Source: the human T2T-CHM13v2.0 reference genome, Homo sapiens
Assembly (NCBI RefSeq): GCF_009914755.1
Contig: NC_060943.1
Length of the DNA: 64,000 nt
Reading direction: 5' to 3' (one strand)
In this document: positions 47,357 to 64,000 of the stretch, piece after piece
How the letters are laid out: each line of letters begins with the position of its first letter
How positions within the stretch are numbered: position 1 is the stretch's first letter
The notes under the pieces: generated by a model
Told to the model about the DNA's origin: nothing
The model's database searches: none
The model's input: only the letters and a program-made list of their open reading frames with translations
Translations under genes and position numbers: made by a program

Positions 47357-48446
47357 TTATCTTCACTTCTGATATGACATTTAATTTTTCATTCATTTTC
47401 TGTCTATTATTGTTCCTTTTTTAACTTAAAAAAAAATTCTGTACTTTATGAATTTCTGTTTCAAGGTGTTTTTCCCATCTCCAAATGCTTATTTGAAAAT
47501 GTTTCCTTTCCTCTTGGTTCATTTCTTCTGGTGTGTGTGTGCGCGCGCCCGCGTGCATGTGTGTACTCGGGTCTCATTTTCTGCTTTCTTCCTGCAGTAC
47601 CTCGTTTATGGGAGATGCACTTCGCTTTTCTTATTTTTTTAGTAGAGAGGGGGTTTCACTGGTTTAGCCAGAACAGTCTCGATCTCCTGACCTCGTGATC
47701 CGCCCACCTCGGGCTCCCAAAGTGCTGGGATTCCAGGAGTGAGCCACCGCGCCCGGCCGTCCACTTTGCTTCTTGCAGAGGCTGATGGTTTGAGTAATTT
47801 CCGAGATTCATAGCTCGAGCGCGCCCTGTTCTGTCTATGCAGTGAAGGGCAGCTTTTTGCATCCACGGCTTTTTGTTGGCAAGGAGGAATGTGCAGTGGC
47901 CAGATTTGTTTCTTCCCCTTTTGTTGCTGTTGTTGTTGTTGCTGCTGCTGTTATCGTTGTTGTTGTTGTATTTTATTTTGTAGCATCCTAAAGTGTCCCC
48001 TCCTTCTATTTCTTATCGTTATCCAGGTAGGGTTTAGAAAAGCTAACTTCAGGGGCAGGGGAGAGAGAGAAAGAGAGGAAGAGAAAATGAGAATGAATGA
48101 CAATACATGAACCCATGGGTCAACCTTTATTTCAAGGCAGCCCAAAAGGACGGCTCTCCCTTCTGTTTCACTCTCTTCTCTAGGTGTGAAGCTGATGCAG
48201 CACAGGCGAGCCCCAAAATTGAGGCTTAGCCCGGGGGGGTTCTTGGCTTCTCCTAGAAACTAATTCAAGAAGCCGGGCGCAGTGGCTCACGCCTGTAATC
48301 CCAGCACTTTGGGAGGCTGAGGCGGATGGATCACTTGAGGTAAGGAGTTCGAGACCAGCCTGGCCAACATGCTGAAACCCCATCTCTACTAAATATACAA
48401 AAATTACGCGGGCATGGGGACGGGTGCCTGTAATCCCAGCTGTTCA

Positions 48447-48605
<159 letters not shown>

Positions 48606-49284
48606 TTACCGAAGCCTCAGTGCACAGCCACAGCAGAGGGACACACACCTGTATCTTTTCTAAGACTGGGAGAATTTTACAATTGCTTGACTAATTGAAC
48701 AGTGCCTCGAGGATGTTACACTAGGTTATAAATAAATTCCTGCCGTGTTTAGCTGAGGCACGAACACAATGCCCACTGACAATTCCACTTTCCTCGAGGG
48801 CCATTCTTTATGAAAGGCTGTAGGAGTTCCACGACATTGTTGATTCCTGGATTCTCCAAGTCTCTAGAACTTGAGAACTACTTTTGTGTATTTTTTTAAG
48901 TTCAGAGTTTCTAATGTCCGTTTTATACTACTATAAAATGGTACTATGTATTCTTTATTTATGGTACTATTTACACTTTATTTTATACAGACTCTGGCTC
49001 CACAAAAAGGTTAAAAATTAGCCAGGTGCAGTGGTGCACATCTGCGGCCCCAGCTACTCAGCAGGCTGAGGCAGAAGGATTGCTTGAGCTCGGATGGTCA
49101 GGGCTGCAATGAGCTATGATCACACATCACATCAATGCACTCCAGCCTGGGCAACAGAGTGAGACCCTGTCTCTAAAAGAATAGAAGAGGCTGGGCGCGG
49201 TGGCTCACGCCTGTCATCCTACCACTTTGGGAGACCAAGGCGAGTGGATCATTTGAGGCCAGGTGTTCAAGACCAGCCTGGTCA

Positions 49285-49491
<207 letters not shown>

Positions 49492-49560
49492 TTAGGAAGA
49501 TGTCATTTCTTCCTATCAAGGCGTCCTCCCTTTATGTTTTGTCGTTATATTGGGAACGAT

Positions 49561-49681
49561 AAAAAAAATCCTTTTTTCCGACCCATGTGGACCAGGCTGG
49601 CCTCGAACTCGTGCCCTGGAACCCCCGCCTCCGTGAGGGCCCGAGGGCAGGCGCAACCGGCCTGAGCCACAATGGCTCCGG
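49561..49681 (-). ncRNA. SNAR-A: snaR-A copy 11
   Basis: Array-consensus sequence. Confidence 0.95.
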
Positions 49682-50754
49682 GTGTCGGGGCTGTCCTTTA
49701 GTCCCTTTGATCTTACGCAGGGTGAGGGAGCCAATCACCAGAGGCTCCCCCCTGTCGTCACCCAGTCCCCAGGGCCAGTGAGGGCCCTGCGTTCCATGGC
49801 GCCCCCTGGAGGGAGGAAGGGGAACTGTATCTGAGAGTTCAGTATCTGACAATAAGGAAAAGGCATAGTAGATCAGATGGTGCCTAGTGTTCTGGGGAGA
49901 AGAAACAACGGGGTTGGGGAATGCGGAGTTGCAGTTTATAATACAGGCCTCATGTATAAGGCAGACCTCATGGGGAAGGTAACATCTGTGCAGAGAAATG
50001 GAGATGAGGGCTAGGAGCCATGCAAATACTGGAACATGCTTGCCAGCAGAAGTCGAGAAACATGGCCGGCGCAGTGGCCCACACCTGTAATCCCAGGACT
50101 TTGGGAGGCCGAGGCAGGTAGATCACGAGGTCAGCAGTTCGAGACCAGCCCGGCCAACATGGTGAAACCCTGTCTCTACTAAAAATACAAAAATTAGCTG
50201 GGTGTGGTGGCACACGCCTGTAATCCCAGCCACTTGGGAGGGTGAGGTAGGAGAATCGCTTGAACCTGGGAGGTAGAGGTTGCAGTGATGCAGTGAGCCG
50301 AGACCACGCCATTGTACTCTCGCCTGGGCGACAGAGCGAGACTCCATCTCAAAAAAAAAAAAAAAAAAAAAAAAAGCAAAAACAAACAGGTGAGATTCAT
50401 TTTGATAAAATAGCTGATTTAACCTAATATACCTAAAACATCATAATTTTAACATAATCAATAGAAACATTTTTGCAAGATTTTATGTTATTTTTTACCA
50501 TACGACGTCTTGGAAATCTTGGTTTGGACCAGCCATGTTCAACTGCTCAGTAGCCATGTGTGGCCAGAGGCGGCCGTATTGGACAGTGCAGATGGTGCAT
50601 GAGGGTGTTCGGGCAGTGGGAACAGCCAGTACAGAGGCCCTGTGGGGGCACATGCCTGCTGCTACGGGAACAGTGAGGAGCCCCGTGTGGCTGCAGTGGA
50701 GTGAGAGGGAGAAGGTGGGAGATGTAACCAACAGTCTCATCATTCATTCATTAA

Positions 50755-51075
<321 letters not shown>

Positions 51076-52477
51076 TAGTTGAATAAAGAAGACACCGGAG
51101 TTTGTTCTGTATCTTCTCCTTTCAAATTCTGTGCCATTTGAATTTTTTCCTATTCCTTTTATATATTTTTAATTGACAAATTGTACATATTTATCATGTA
51201 CATATTGTTTTGAAATATGTATATACCGTAGAATGGCTAAATCAAGATCATTAACATATGTATTACTTTACCTATTTTCCTTTTTTCGTTGTGTCTCTGC
51301 CAGGTTTCGGTATCAGAATGACTCTGACCTCATAGAATGAGTTAGAGAGCAGTTGCTCCTCCTCAATTGTGTGGAATAATTTCAGTAGGATTGGTGCCGC
51401 CTTTTCTTTACACGTCTGGTAGGATTCGACTGTGAATCCGTCTAGTCTAAGGTTTTTTGTGCTGGTTGGTAGGTTTTGTATGACTAACTCAATTTTGGAA
51501 CTCATCGTTGGTTTGTTCAGGGTTTCCATTTCTTCCTGGTTCAATCTTGAGAGGTTTTATGTTTCCAGGAATTTCTCTATTTCTTCTAGTTTTCTAGTTT
51601 GTGTGCATAGAGGCATGTGGAATAGTCTCAGGGTTTCTTGTATATCTGTGGGTCAGTGGTAATGTCACCTTTGTCATTTCTGATTGTGTTTATTTGGATC
51701 TTGTCTTTTTTTCTTTATTAATCTAGCTAGTGGTCTTCCCATGTTATTTATGCTTTCAAAAATATCAACTTTGTATGAATTAACAGCATTTGCCGTGACC
51801 TGGATGAGACCGGAGACTGTTATTCTAAGTGAAGTAAGTCAGGAATGGAAAACCAAACATCGTATGTTCTCACTGATATGTGGGAGCTAAGCTATGAGGA
51901 CGCAAAGGCGTAAGAATGATACAATGGACTTTGGGGACTTAGGGGGACGAGTTGGCGGGGGCGAGGGATAAAATACAACAAGTAGGGTGTAGTGTATACT
52001 GCTCAGGTGATGGGTGCACCAAAATCACAAATCACCACTAAAGAGCTTATGTAACCACACACCACCTGTACCCCAATAATTTATGGAATAAATAATAAAT
52101 AAATAATTTTTTTAAAAAATCAACTTTGGGTTTCATTGATCTTTTGTATGGTTTTTTACGTCTCCATTTCATTCAGGTCAGCTCCGATGTTGGTTTTTTT
52201 TTTTCTTCTGCTAGCTTTGGGGTTGATTTGCTCTTGTTTTTCTAATTCCTCTAGGTGTGATGTTAGGCGGTTCATTTGAGATCTTTCTAGCTTCTTAGTG
52301 TAGCCCTTTAGCACTAGAAACTTCCTTTGAGCACTGTTCTAGCTGTGTCCCAGAGATTCTGGGATGTTGTATGTTTGTTTTCATTAGTTTCAGATAATTT
52401 TTTTATTTCTGCCTTAATTTCAGTCTTTACCCAAAAGTCATTTGGAAGCAGGTTGTTTAATTTCCATGATGACTCTA

Positions 52478-52657
<180 letters not shown>

Positions 52658-53788
52658 TTAAGTTTGCATTTAGATCTCTTCTCCTTTGACCACTTTTAAT
52701 TTATCTTCACTTCTGATATGACATTTAATTTTTCATTCATTTTCTGTCTATTATTGTCTTTTTTAACTTAAAAAAAATTCTGTACTTTATGAATTTCTGT
52801 TTCAAGGTGTTTTTCCCATCTCCAAATGCTTATTTGAAAATGTTTCCTTTCCTCTTGGTTCATTTCTTCTGGTGTGTGTGTGCGCGCGCCCGCGTGCATG
52901 TGTGTACTCGGGTCTCATTTTCTGCTTTCTTCCTGCAGTACCTCGTTTATGGGAGATGCACTTCGCTTTTCTTATTTTTTTAGTAGAGAGGGGGTTTCAC
53001 TGGTTTAGCCAGAACAGTCTCGATCTCCTGACCTCGTGATCCGCCCACCTCGGGCTCCCAAAGTGCTGGGATTCCAGGAGTGAGCCACCGCGCCCGGCCG
53101 TCCACTTTGCTTCTTGCAGAGGCTGATGGTTTGAGTAATTTCCGAGATTCATAGCTCGAGCGCGCCCTGTTCTGTCTATGCAGTGAAGGGCAGCTTTTTG
53201 CATCCACGGCTTTTTGTTGGCAAGGAGGAATGTGCAGTGGCCAGATTTGTTTCTTCCCCTTTTGTTGCTGTTGTTGTTGTTGCTGCTGCTGTTATTGTTG
53301 TTGTTGTTGTATTTTATTTTGTAGCATCCTAAAGTGTCCCCTCCTTCTATTTCTTATCCTTATCCAGGTAGGGTTTAGAAAAGCTAACTTCAGGGGCAGG
53401 GGAGAGAGAGAAAGAGAGGAAGAGAAAATGAGAATGAATGACAATACATGAACCCATGGGTCAACCTTTATTTCAAGGCAGCCCAAAAGGACGGCTCTCC
53501 CTTCTCTTTCACTCTCTTCTCTAGGTGTGAAGCTGATGCAGCACAGGCGAGCCCCAAAATTGAGGCTTAGCCCGGGGGGGTTCTTGGCTTCTCCTAGAAA
53601 CTAATTCAAGAAGCCGGGCGCAGTGGCTCACGCCTGTAATCCCAGCACTTTGGGAGGCTGAGGCGGATGGATCACTTGAGGTAAGGAGTTCGAGACCAGC
53701 CTGGCCAACATGCTGAAAACCCCATCTCTACTAAATATACAAAAATTACCCGGGCATGGGGACGGGTGCCTGTAATCCCAGCTGTTCA

Positions 53789-53914
<126 letters not shown>

Positions 53915-54634
53915 TCAAGGGCCGGCCGGTGGTTTTAGACGGCAACCTTTACCGAAGCCTCAGTGCACAGCCACAGCAGAGGGACACACACCTGTATCTT
54001 TTCTAAGACTGGGAGAATTTTACAATTGCTTGACTAATTGAACAGTGCCTCGAGGATGTTACACTAGGTTATAAATAAATTCCTGCCGTGTTTAGCTGAG
54101 GCACGAACACAATGCCCACTGACAATTCCACTTTCCTCGAGGGCCATTCTTTATGAAAGGCTGTAGGAGTTCCACGACATTGTTGATTCCTGGATTCTCG
54201 AAGTCTCTAGAACTTGAGAACTACTTTTGTGTATTTTTTTAACCTTTAAGTTCAGAGTTTCTAATGTCCGTTTTATACTACTATAAAATGGTACTATGTA
54301 GTCTTTATTGGTGGTACTATTTACACTTTATTTTATACAGACTCTGGCTCCACAAAAAGGTTAAAAATTAGCCAGGTGCAGTGGTGCACATCTGCGGCCC
54401 CAGCTACTCAGGAGGCTGAGGCAGAAGGATTGCTTGAGCTCGGATGGTCAGGGCTGCAATGAGCTATGATCACACATCACATCAATGCACTCCAGCCTGG
54501 GCAACAGAGTGAGACCCTGTCTCTAAAAGAATAGAAGAGGCTGGGCGCGGTGGCTCACGCCTGTCATCCTACCACTTTGGGAGACCAAGGCGAGTGGATC
54601 ATTTGAGGCCAGGTGTTCAAGACCAGCCTGGTCA

Positions 54635-54841
<207 letters not shown>

Positions 54842-54910
54842 TTAGGAAGATGTCATTTCTTCCTATCAAGGCGTCCTCCCTTTATGTTTTGTCGTTATAT
54901 TGGGAACGAT

Positions 54911-55031
54911 AAAAAAAATCCTTTTTTCCGACCCATGTGGACCAGGCTGGCCTCGAACTCGTGCCCTGGAACCCCCGCCTCCGTGAGGGCCCGAGGGCAG
55001 GCGCAACCGGCCTGAGCCACAATGGCTCCGG
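54911..55031 (-). ncRNA. SNAR-A: snaR-A copy 12
   Basis: Array-consensus sequence. Confidence 0.95.
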
Positions 55032-56104
55032 GTGTCGGGGCTGTCCTTTAGTCCCTTTGATCTTACGCAGGGTGAGGGAGCCAATCACCAGAGGCTCCCC
55101 CCTGTCGTCACCCAGTCCCCAGGGCCAGTGAGGGCCCTGCGTTCCATGGCGCCCCCTGGAGGGAGGAAGGGGAACTGTATCTGAGAGTTCAGTATCTGAC
55201 AATAAGGAAAAGGCATAGTAGATCAGATGGTGCCTAGTGTTCTGGGGAGAAGAAACAACGGGGTTGGGGAATGCGGAGTTGCAGTTTATAATACAGGCCT
55301 CATGTATAAGGCAGACCTCATGGGGAAGGTAACATCTGTGCAGAGAAATGGAGATGAGGGCTAGGAGCCATGCAAATACTGGAACATGCTTGCCAGCAGA
55401 AGTCGAGAAACATGGCCGGCGCAGTGGCCCACACCTGTAATCCCAGGACTTTGGGAGGCCGAGGCAGGTAGATCACGAGGTCAGCAGTTCGAGACCAGCC
55501 CGGCCAACATGGTGAAACCCTGTCTCTACTAAAAATACAAAAATTAGCTGGGTGTGGTGGCACACGCCTGTAATCCCAGCCACTTGGGAGGGTGAGGTAG
55601 GAGAATCGCTTGAACCTGGGAGGTAGAGGTTGCAGTGATGCAGTGAGCCGAGACCACGCCATTGTACTCTCGCCTGGGCGACAGAGCGAGACTCCATCTC
55701 AAAAACAAACAAACAAAAAAAAAAAGCAAAAACAAACAGGTGAGATTCATTTTGATAAAATAGCTGATTTAACCTAATATACCTAAAACATCATAATTTT
55801 AACATAATCAATAGAAACATTTTTGCAAGATTTTATGTTATTTTTTACCATACGACGTCTTGGAAATCTTGGTTTGGACCAGCCATGTTCAACTGCTCAG
55901 TAGCCATGTGTGGCCAGAGGCGGCCGTATTGGACAGTGCAGATGGTGCATGAGGGTGTTCGGGCAGTGGGAACAGCCAGTACAGAGGCCCTGTGGGGGCA
56001 CATGCCTGCTGCTACGGGAACAGTGAGGAGCCCCGTGTGGCTGCAGTGGAGTGAGAGGGAGAAGGTGGGAGATGTAACCAACAGTCTCATCATTCATTCA
56101 TTAA

Positions 56105-56425
<321 letters not shown>

Positions 56426-57827
56426 TAGTTGAATAAAGAAGACACCGGAGTTTGTTCTGTATCTTCTCCTTTCAAATTCTGTGCCATTTGAATTTTTTCC
56501 TATTCCTTTTATATATTTTTAATTGACAAATTGTACATATTTATCATGTACATATTGTTTTGAAATATGTATATACCGTAGAATGGCTAAATCAAGATCA
56601 TTAACATATGTATTACTTTACCTATTTTCCTTTTTTCGTTGTGTCTCTGCCAGGTTTCGGTATCAGAATGACTCTGACCTCATAGAATGAGTTAGAGAGC
56701 AGTTGCTCCTCCTCAATTGTGTGGAATAATTTCAGTAGGATTGGTGCCGCCTTTTCTTTACACGTCTGGTAGGATTCGACTGTGAATCCGTCTAGTCTAA
56801 GGTTTTTTGTGCTGGTTGGTAGGTTTTGTATGACTAACTCAATTTTGGAACTCATCGTTGGTTTGTTCAGGGTTTCCATTTCTTCCTGGTTCAATCTTGA
56901 GAGGTTTTATGTTTCCAGGAATTTCTCTATTTCTTCTAGTTTTCTAGTTTGTGTGCATAGAGGCATGTGGAATAGTCTCAGGGTTTCTTGTATATCTGTG
57001 GGTCAGTGGTAATGTCACCTTTGTCATTTCTGATTGTGTTTATTTGGATCTTGTCTTTTTTTCTTTATTAATCTAGCTAGTGGTCTTCCCATGTTATTTA
57101 TGCTTTCAAAAATATCAACTTTGTATGAATTAACAGCATTTGCCGTGACCTGGATGAGACCGGAGACTGTTATTCTAAGTGAAGTAAGTCAGGAATGGAA
57201 AACCAAACATCGTATGTTCTCACTGATATGTGGGAGCTAAGCTATGAGGACGCAAAGGCGTAAGAATGATACAATGGACTTTGGGGACTTAGGGGGACGA
57301 GTTGGCGGGGGCGAGGGATAAAATACAACAAGTAGGGTGTAGTGTATACTGCTCAGGTGATGGGTGCACCAAAATCACAAATCACCACTAAAGAGCTTAT
57401 GTAACCACACACCACCTGTACCCCAATAATTTATGGAATAAATAATAAATAAATAATTTTTTTAAAAAATCAACTTTGGGTTTCATTGATCTTTTGTATG
57501 GTTTTTTACGTCTCCATTTCATTCAGGTCAGCTCCGATGTTGGTTTTTTTTTTTCTTCTGCTAGCTTTGGGGTTGATTTGCTCTTGTTTTTCTAATTCCT
57601 CTAGGTGTGATGTTAGGCGGTTCATTTGAGATCTTTCTAGCTTCTTAGTGTAGCCCTTTAGCACTAGAAACTTCCTTTGAGCACTGTTCTAGCTGTGTCC
57701 CAGAGATTCTGGGATGTTGTATGTTTGTTTTCATTAGTTTCAGATAATTTTTTTATTTCTGCCTTAATTTCAGTCTTTACCCAAAAGTCATTTGGAAGCA
57801 GGTTGTTTAATTTCCATGATGACTCTA

Positions 57828-58046
<219 letters not shown>

Positions 58047-59141
58047 TTAATTTATCTTCACTTCTGATATGACATTTAATTTTTCATTCATTTTCTGTCT
58101 ATTATTGTTCCTTTTTTAACTTAAAAAAAATTCTGTACTTTATGAATTTCTGTTTCAAGGTGTTTTTCCCATCTCCAAATGCTTATTTGAAAATGTTTCC
58201 TTTCCTCTTGGTTCATTTCTTCTGGTGTGTGTGTGCGCGCGCCCGCGTGCATGTGTGTACTCGGGTCTCATTTTCTGCTTTCTTCCTGCAGTACCTCGTT
58301 TATGGGAGATGCACTTCGCTTTTCTTATTTTTTTAGTAGAGAGGGGGTTTCACTGGTTTAGCCAGAACAGTCTCGATCTCCTGACCTCGTGATCCGCCCA
58401 CCTCGGGCTCCCAAAGTGCTGGGATTCCAGGAGTGAGCCACCGCGCCCGGCCGTCCACTTTGCTTCTTGCAGAGGCTGATGGTTTGAGTAATTTCCGAGA
58501 TTCATAGCTCGAGCGCGCCCTGTTCTGTCTATGCAGTGAAGGGCAGCTTTTTGCATCCACGGCTTTTTGTTGGCAAGGAGGAATGTGCAGTGGCCAGATT
58601 TGTTTCTTCCCCTTTTGTTGCTGTTGTTGTTGTTGCTGCTGCTGTTATCGTTGTTGTTGTTGTATTTTATTTTGTAGCATCCTAAAGTGTCCCCTCCTTC
58701 TATTTCTTATCCTTATCCAGGTAGGGTTTAGAAAAGCTAACTTCAGGGGCAGGGGAGAGAGAGAAAGAGAGGAAGAGAAAATGAGAATGAATGACAATAC
58801 ATGAACCCATGGGTCAACCTTTATTTCAAGGCAGCCCAAAAGGACGGCTCTCCCTTCTCTTTCACTCTCTTCTCTAGGTGTGAAGCTGATGCAGCACAGG
58901 CGAGCCCCAAAATTGAGGCTTAGCCCGGGGGGGTTCTTGGCTTCTCCTAGAAACTAATTCAAGAAGCCGGGCGCAGTGGCTCACGCCTGTAATCCCAGCA
59001 CTTTGGGAGGCTGAGGCGGATGGATCACTTGAGGTAAGGAGTTCGAGACCAGCCTGGCCAACATGCTGAAAACCCCATCTCTACTAAATATACAAAAATT
59101 ACCCGGGCATGGGGACGGGTGCCTGTAATCCCAGCTGTTCA

Positions 59142-59267
<126 letters not shown>

Positions 59268-59987
59268 TCAAGGGCCGGCCGGTGGTTTTAGACGGCAACC
59301 TTTACCGAAGCCTCAGTGCACAGCCACAGCAGAGGGACACACACCTGTATCTTTTCTAAGACTGGGAGAATTTTACAATTGCTTGACTAATTGAACAGTG
59401 CCTCGAGGATGTTACACTAGGTTATAAATAAATTCCTGCCGTGTTTAGCTGAGGCACGAACACAATGCCCACTGACAATTCCACTTTCCTCGAGGGCCAT
59501 TCTTTATGAAAGGCTGTAGGAGTTCCACGACATTGTTGATTCCTGGATTCTCGAAGTCTCTAGAACTTGAGAACTACTTTTGTGTATTTTTTTAACCTTT
59601 AAGTTCAGAGTTTCTAATGTCCGTTTTATACTACTATAAAATGGTACTATGTAGTCTTTATTGGTGGTACTATTTACACTTTATTTTATACAGACTCTGG
59701 CTCCACAAAAAGGTTAAAAATTAGCCAGGTGCAGTGGTGCACATCTGCGGCCCCAGCTACTCAGGAGGCTGAGGCAGAAGGATTGCTTGAGCTCGGATGG
59801 TCAGGGCTGCAATGAGCTATGATCACACATCACATCAATGCACTCCAGCCTGGGCAACAGAGTGAGACCCTGTCTCTAAAAGAATAGAAGAGGCTGGGCG
59901 CGGTGGCTCACGCCTGTCATCCTACCACTTTGGGAGACCAAGGCGAGTGGATCATTTGAGGCCAGGTGTTCAAGACCAGCCTGGTCA

Positions 59988-60233
<246 letters not shown>

Positions 60234-60262
60234 TTATGTTTTGTCGTTATATTGGGAACGAT

Positions 60263-60383
60263 AAAAAAAATCCTTTTTTCCGACCCATGTGGACCAGGCT
60301 GGCCTCGAACTCGTGCCCTGGAACCCCCGCCTCCGTGAGGGCCCGAGGGCAGGCGCAACCGGCCTGAGCCACAATGGCTCCGG
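60263..60383 (-). ncRNA. SNAR-A: snaR-A copy 13
   Basis: Array-consensus sequence. Confidence 0.95.
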
Positions 60384-61458
60384 GTGTCGGGGCTGTCCTT
60401 TAGTCCCTTTGATCTTACGCAGGGTGAGGGAGCCAATCACCAGAGGCTCCCCCCTGTCGTCACCCAGTCCCCAGGGCCAGTGAGGGCCCTGCGTTCCATG
60501 GCGCCCCCTGGAGGGAGGAAGGGGAACTGTATCTGAGAGTTCAGTATCTGACAATAAGGAAAAGGCATAGTAGATCAGATGGTGCCTAGTGTTCTGGGGA
60601 GAAGAAACAACGGGGTTGGGGAATGCGGAGTTGCAGTTTATAATACAGGCCTCATGTATAAGGCAGACCTCATGGGGAAGGTAACATCTGTGCAGAGAAA
60701 TGGAGATGAGGGCTAGGAGCCATGCAAATACTGGAACATGCTTGCCAGCAGAAGTCGAGAAACATGGCCGGCGCAGTGGCCCACACCTGTAATCCCAGGA
60801 CTTTGGGAGGCCGAGGCAGGTAGATCACGAGGTCAGCAGTTCGAGACCAGCCCGGCCAACATGGTGAAACCCTGTCTCTACTAAAAATACAAAAATTAGC
60901 TGGGTGTGGTGGCACACGCCTGTAATCCCAGCCACTTGGGAGGGTGAGGTAGGAGAATCGCTTGAACCTGGGAGGTAGAGGTTGCAGTGATGCAGTGAGC
61001 CGAGACCACGCCATTGTACTCTCGCCTGGGCGACAGAGCGAGACTCCATCTCAAAAAAAAAAAAAAAAAAAAAAAAAAAGCAAAAACAAACAGGTGAGAT
61101 TCATTTTGATAAAATAGCTGATTTAACCTAATATACCTAAAACATCATAATTTTAAGATAATCAATAGAAACATTTTTGCAAGATTTTATGTTATTTTTT
61201 ACCATACGACGTCTTGGAAATCTTGGTTTGGACCAGCCATGTTCAACTGCTCAGTAGCCATGTGTGGCCAGAGGCGGCCGTATTGGACAGTGCAGATGGT
61301 GCATGAGGGTGTTCGGGCAGTGGGAACAGCCAGTACAGAGGCCCTGTGGGGGCACATGCCTGCTGCTACGGGAACAGTGAGGAGCCCCGTGTGGCTGCAG
61401 TGGAGTGAGAGGGAGAAGGTGGGAGATGTAACCAACAGTCTCATCATTCATTCATTAA

Positions 61459-61779
<321 letters not shown>

Positions 61780-63181
61780 TAGTTGAATAAAGAAGACACC
61801 GGAGTTTGTTCTGTATCTTCTCCTTTCAAATTCTGTGCCATTTGAATTTTTTCCTATTCCTTTTATATATTTTTAATTGACAAATTGTACATATTTATCA
61901 TGTACATATTGTTTTGAAATATGTATATACCGTAGAATGGCTAAATCAAGATCATTAACATATGTATTACTTTACCTATTTTCCTTTTTTCGTTGTGTCT
62001 CTGCCAGGTTTCGGTATCAGAATGACTCTGACCTCATAGAATGAGTTAGAGAGCAGTTGCTCCTCCTCAATTGTGTGGAATAATTTCAGTAGGATTGGTG
62101 CCGCCTTTTCTTTACACGTCTGGTAGGATTCGACTGTGAATCCGTCTAGTCTAAGGTTTTTTGTGCTGGTTGGTAGGTTTTGTATGACTAACTCAATTTT
62201 GGAACTCATCGTTGGTTTGTTCAGGGTTTCCATTTCTTCCTGGTTCAATCTTGAGAGGTTTTATGTTTCCAGGAATTTCTCTATTTCTTCTAGTTTTCTA
62301 GTTTGTGTGCATAGAGGCATGTGGAATAGTCTCAGGGTTTCTTGTATATCTGTGGGTCAGTGGTAATGTCACCTTTGTCATTTCTGATTGTGTTTATTTG
62401 GATCTTGTCTTTTTTTCTTTATTAATCTAGCTAGTGGTCTTCCCATGTTATTTATGCTTTCAAAAATATCAACTTTGTATGAATTAACAGCATTTGCCGT
62501 GACCTGGATGAGACCGGAGACTGTTATTCTAAGTGAAGTAAGTCAGGAATGGAAAACCAAACATCGTATGTTCTCACTGATATGTGGGAGCTAAGCTATG
62601 AGGACGCAAAGGCGTAAGAATGATACAATGGACTTTGGGGACTTAGGGGGACGAGTTGGCGGGGGCGAGGGATAAAATACAACAAGTAGGGTGTAGTGTA
62701 TACTGCTCAGGTGATGGGTGCACCAAAATCACAAATCACCACTAAAGAGCTTATGTAACCACACACCACCTGTACCCCAATAATTTATGGAATAAATAAT
62801 AAATAAATAATTTTTTTAAAAAATCAACTTTGGGTTTCATTGATCTTTTGTATGGTTTTTTACGTCTCCATTTCATTCAGGTCAGCTCCGATGTTGGTTT
62901 TTTTTTTTCTTCTGCTAGCTTTGGGGTTGATTTGCTCTTGTTTTTCTAATTCCTCTAGGTGTGATGTTAGGCGGTTCATTTGAGATCTTTCTAGCTTCTT
63001 AGTGTAGCCCTTTAGCACTAGAAACTTCCTTTGAGCACTGTTCTAGCTGTGTCCCAGAGATTCTGGGATGTTGTATGTTTGTTTTCATTAGTTTCAGATA
63101 ATTTTTTTATTTCTGCCTTAATTTCAGTCTTTACCCAAAAGTCATTTGGAAGCAGGTTGTTTAATTTCCATGATGACTCTA

Positions 63182-63406
<225 letters not shown>

Positions 63407-64000
63407 TTATCTTCACTTCTGATATGACATTTAATTTTTCATTCATTTTCTGTCTATTATTGTTCCTTTTTTAACTTAAAAAAAAATTCTGTACTTTATG
63501 AATTTCTGTTTCAAGGTGTTTTTCCCATCTCCAAATGCTTATTTGAAAATGTTTCCTTTCCTCTTGGTTCATTTCTTCTGGTGTGTGTGTGCGCGCGCCC
63601 GCGTGCATGTGTGTACTCGGGTCTCATTTTCTGCTTTCTTCCTGCAGTACCTCGTTTATGGGAGATGCACTTCGCTTTTCTTATTTTTTTAGTAGAGAGG
63701 GGGTTTCACTGGTTTAGCCAGAACAGTCTCGATCTCCTGACCTCGTGATCCGCCCACCTCGGGCTCCCAAAGTGCTGGGATTCCAGGAGTGAGCCACCGC
63801 GCCCGGCCGTCCACTTTGCTTCTTGCAGAGGCTGATGGTTTGAGTAATTTCCGAGATTCATAGCTCGAGCGCGCCCTGTTCTGTCTATGCAGTGAAGGGC
63901 AGCTTTTTGCATCCACGGCTTTTTGTTGGCAAGGAGGAATGTGCAGTGGCCAGATTTGTTTCTTCCCCTTTTGTTGTTGTTGTTGTTGTTGTATTTTATT

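Overview
Human (hominid) genomic DNA made up entirely of one head-to-tail macrosatellite array. It has 13 near-identical units: two short (~3.06 kb), ten long (~5.35 kb) and a final partial long unit. Each unit carries one ~121-nt minus-strand RNA polymerase III gene that I recognise as snaR-A (small NF90/ILF3-associated RNA, SNAR-A family, Alu/FLAM-derived), most likely the chr19q13.33 cluster. The rest of each unit is Alu, L1, L2, MER33-like and LTR fragments plus a (GTT/GCT)n microsatellite. No credible protein-coding gene is present; the ORF track consists of repeat-derived frames. The snaR-A system itself is known. Less obvious features are: (1) a conserved upstream cassette at every copy, with a CTCF core plus upstream motif, an optimal TCF/LEF site at about -23 to -31, a CCAAT box and a CRE half-site; (2) a 2,282-bp Alu-Alu recombination segment bounded by a 26-bp direct repeat that separates short from long units; (3) mosaic unit sub-haplotypes; (4) variant snaR copies; (5) high CpG content in old L1 fragments; (6) a divergent unit at the right edge. 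Repeat subfamily names come from my memory of consensus sequences and need RepeatMasker/Dfam confirmation.
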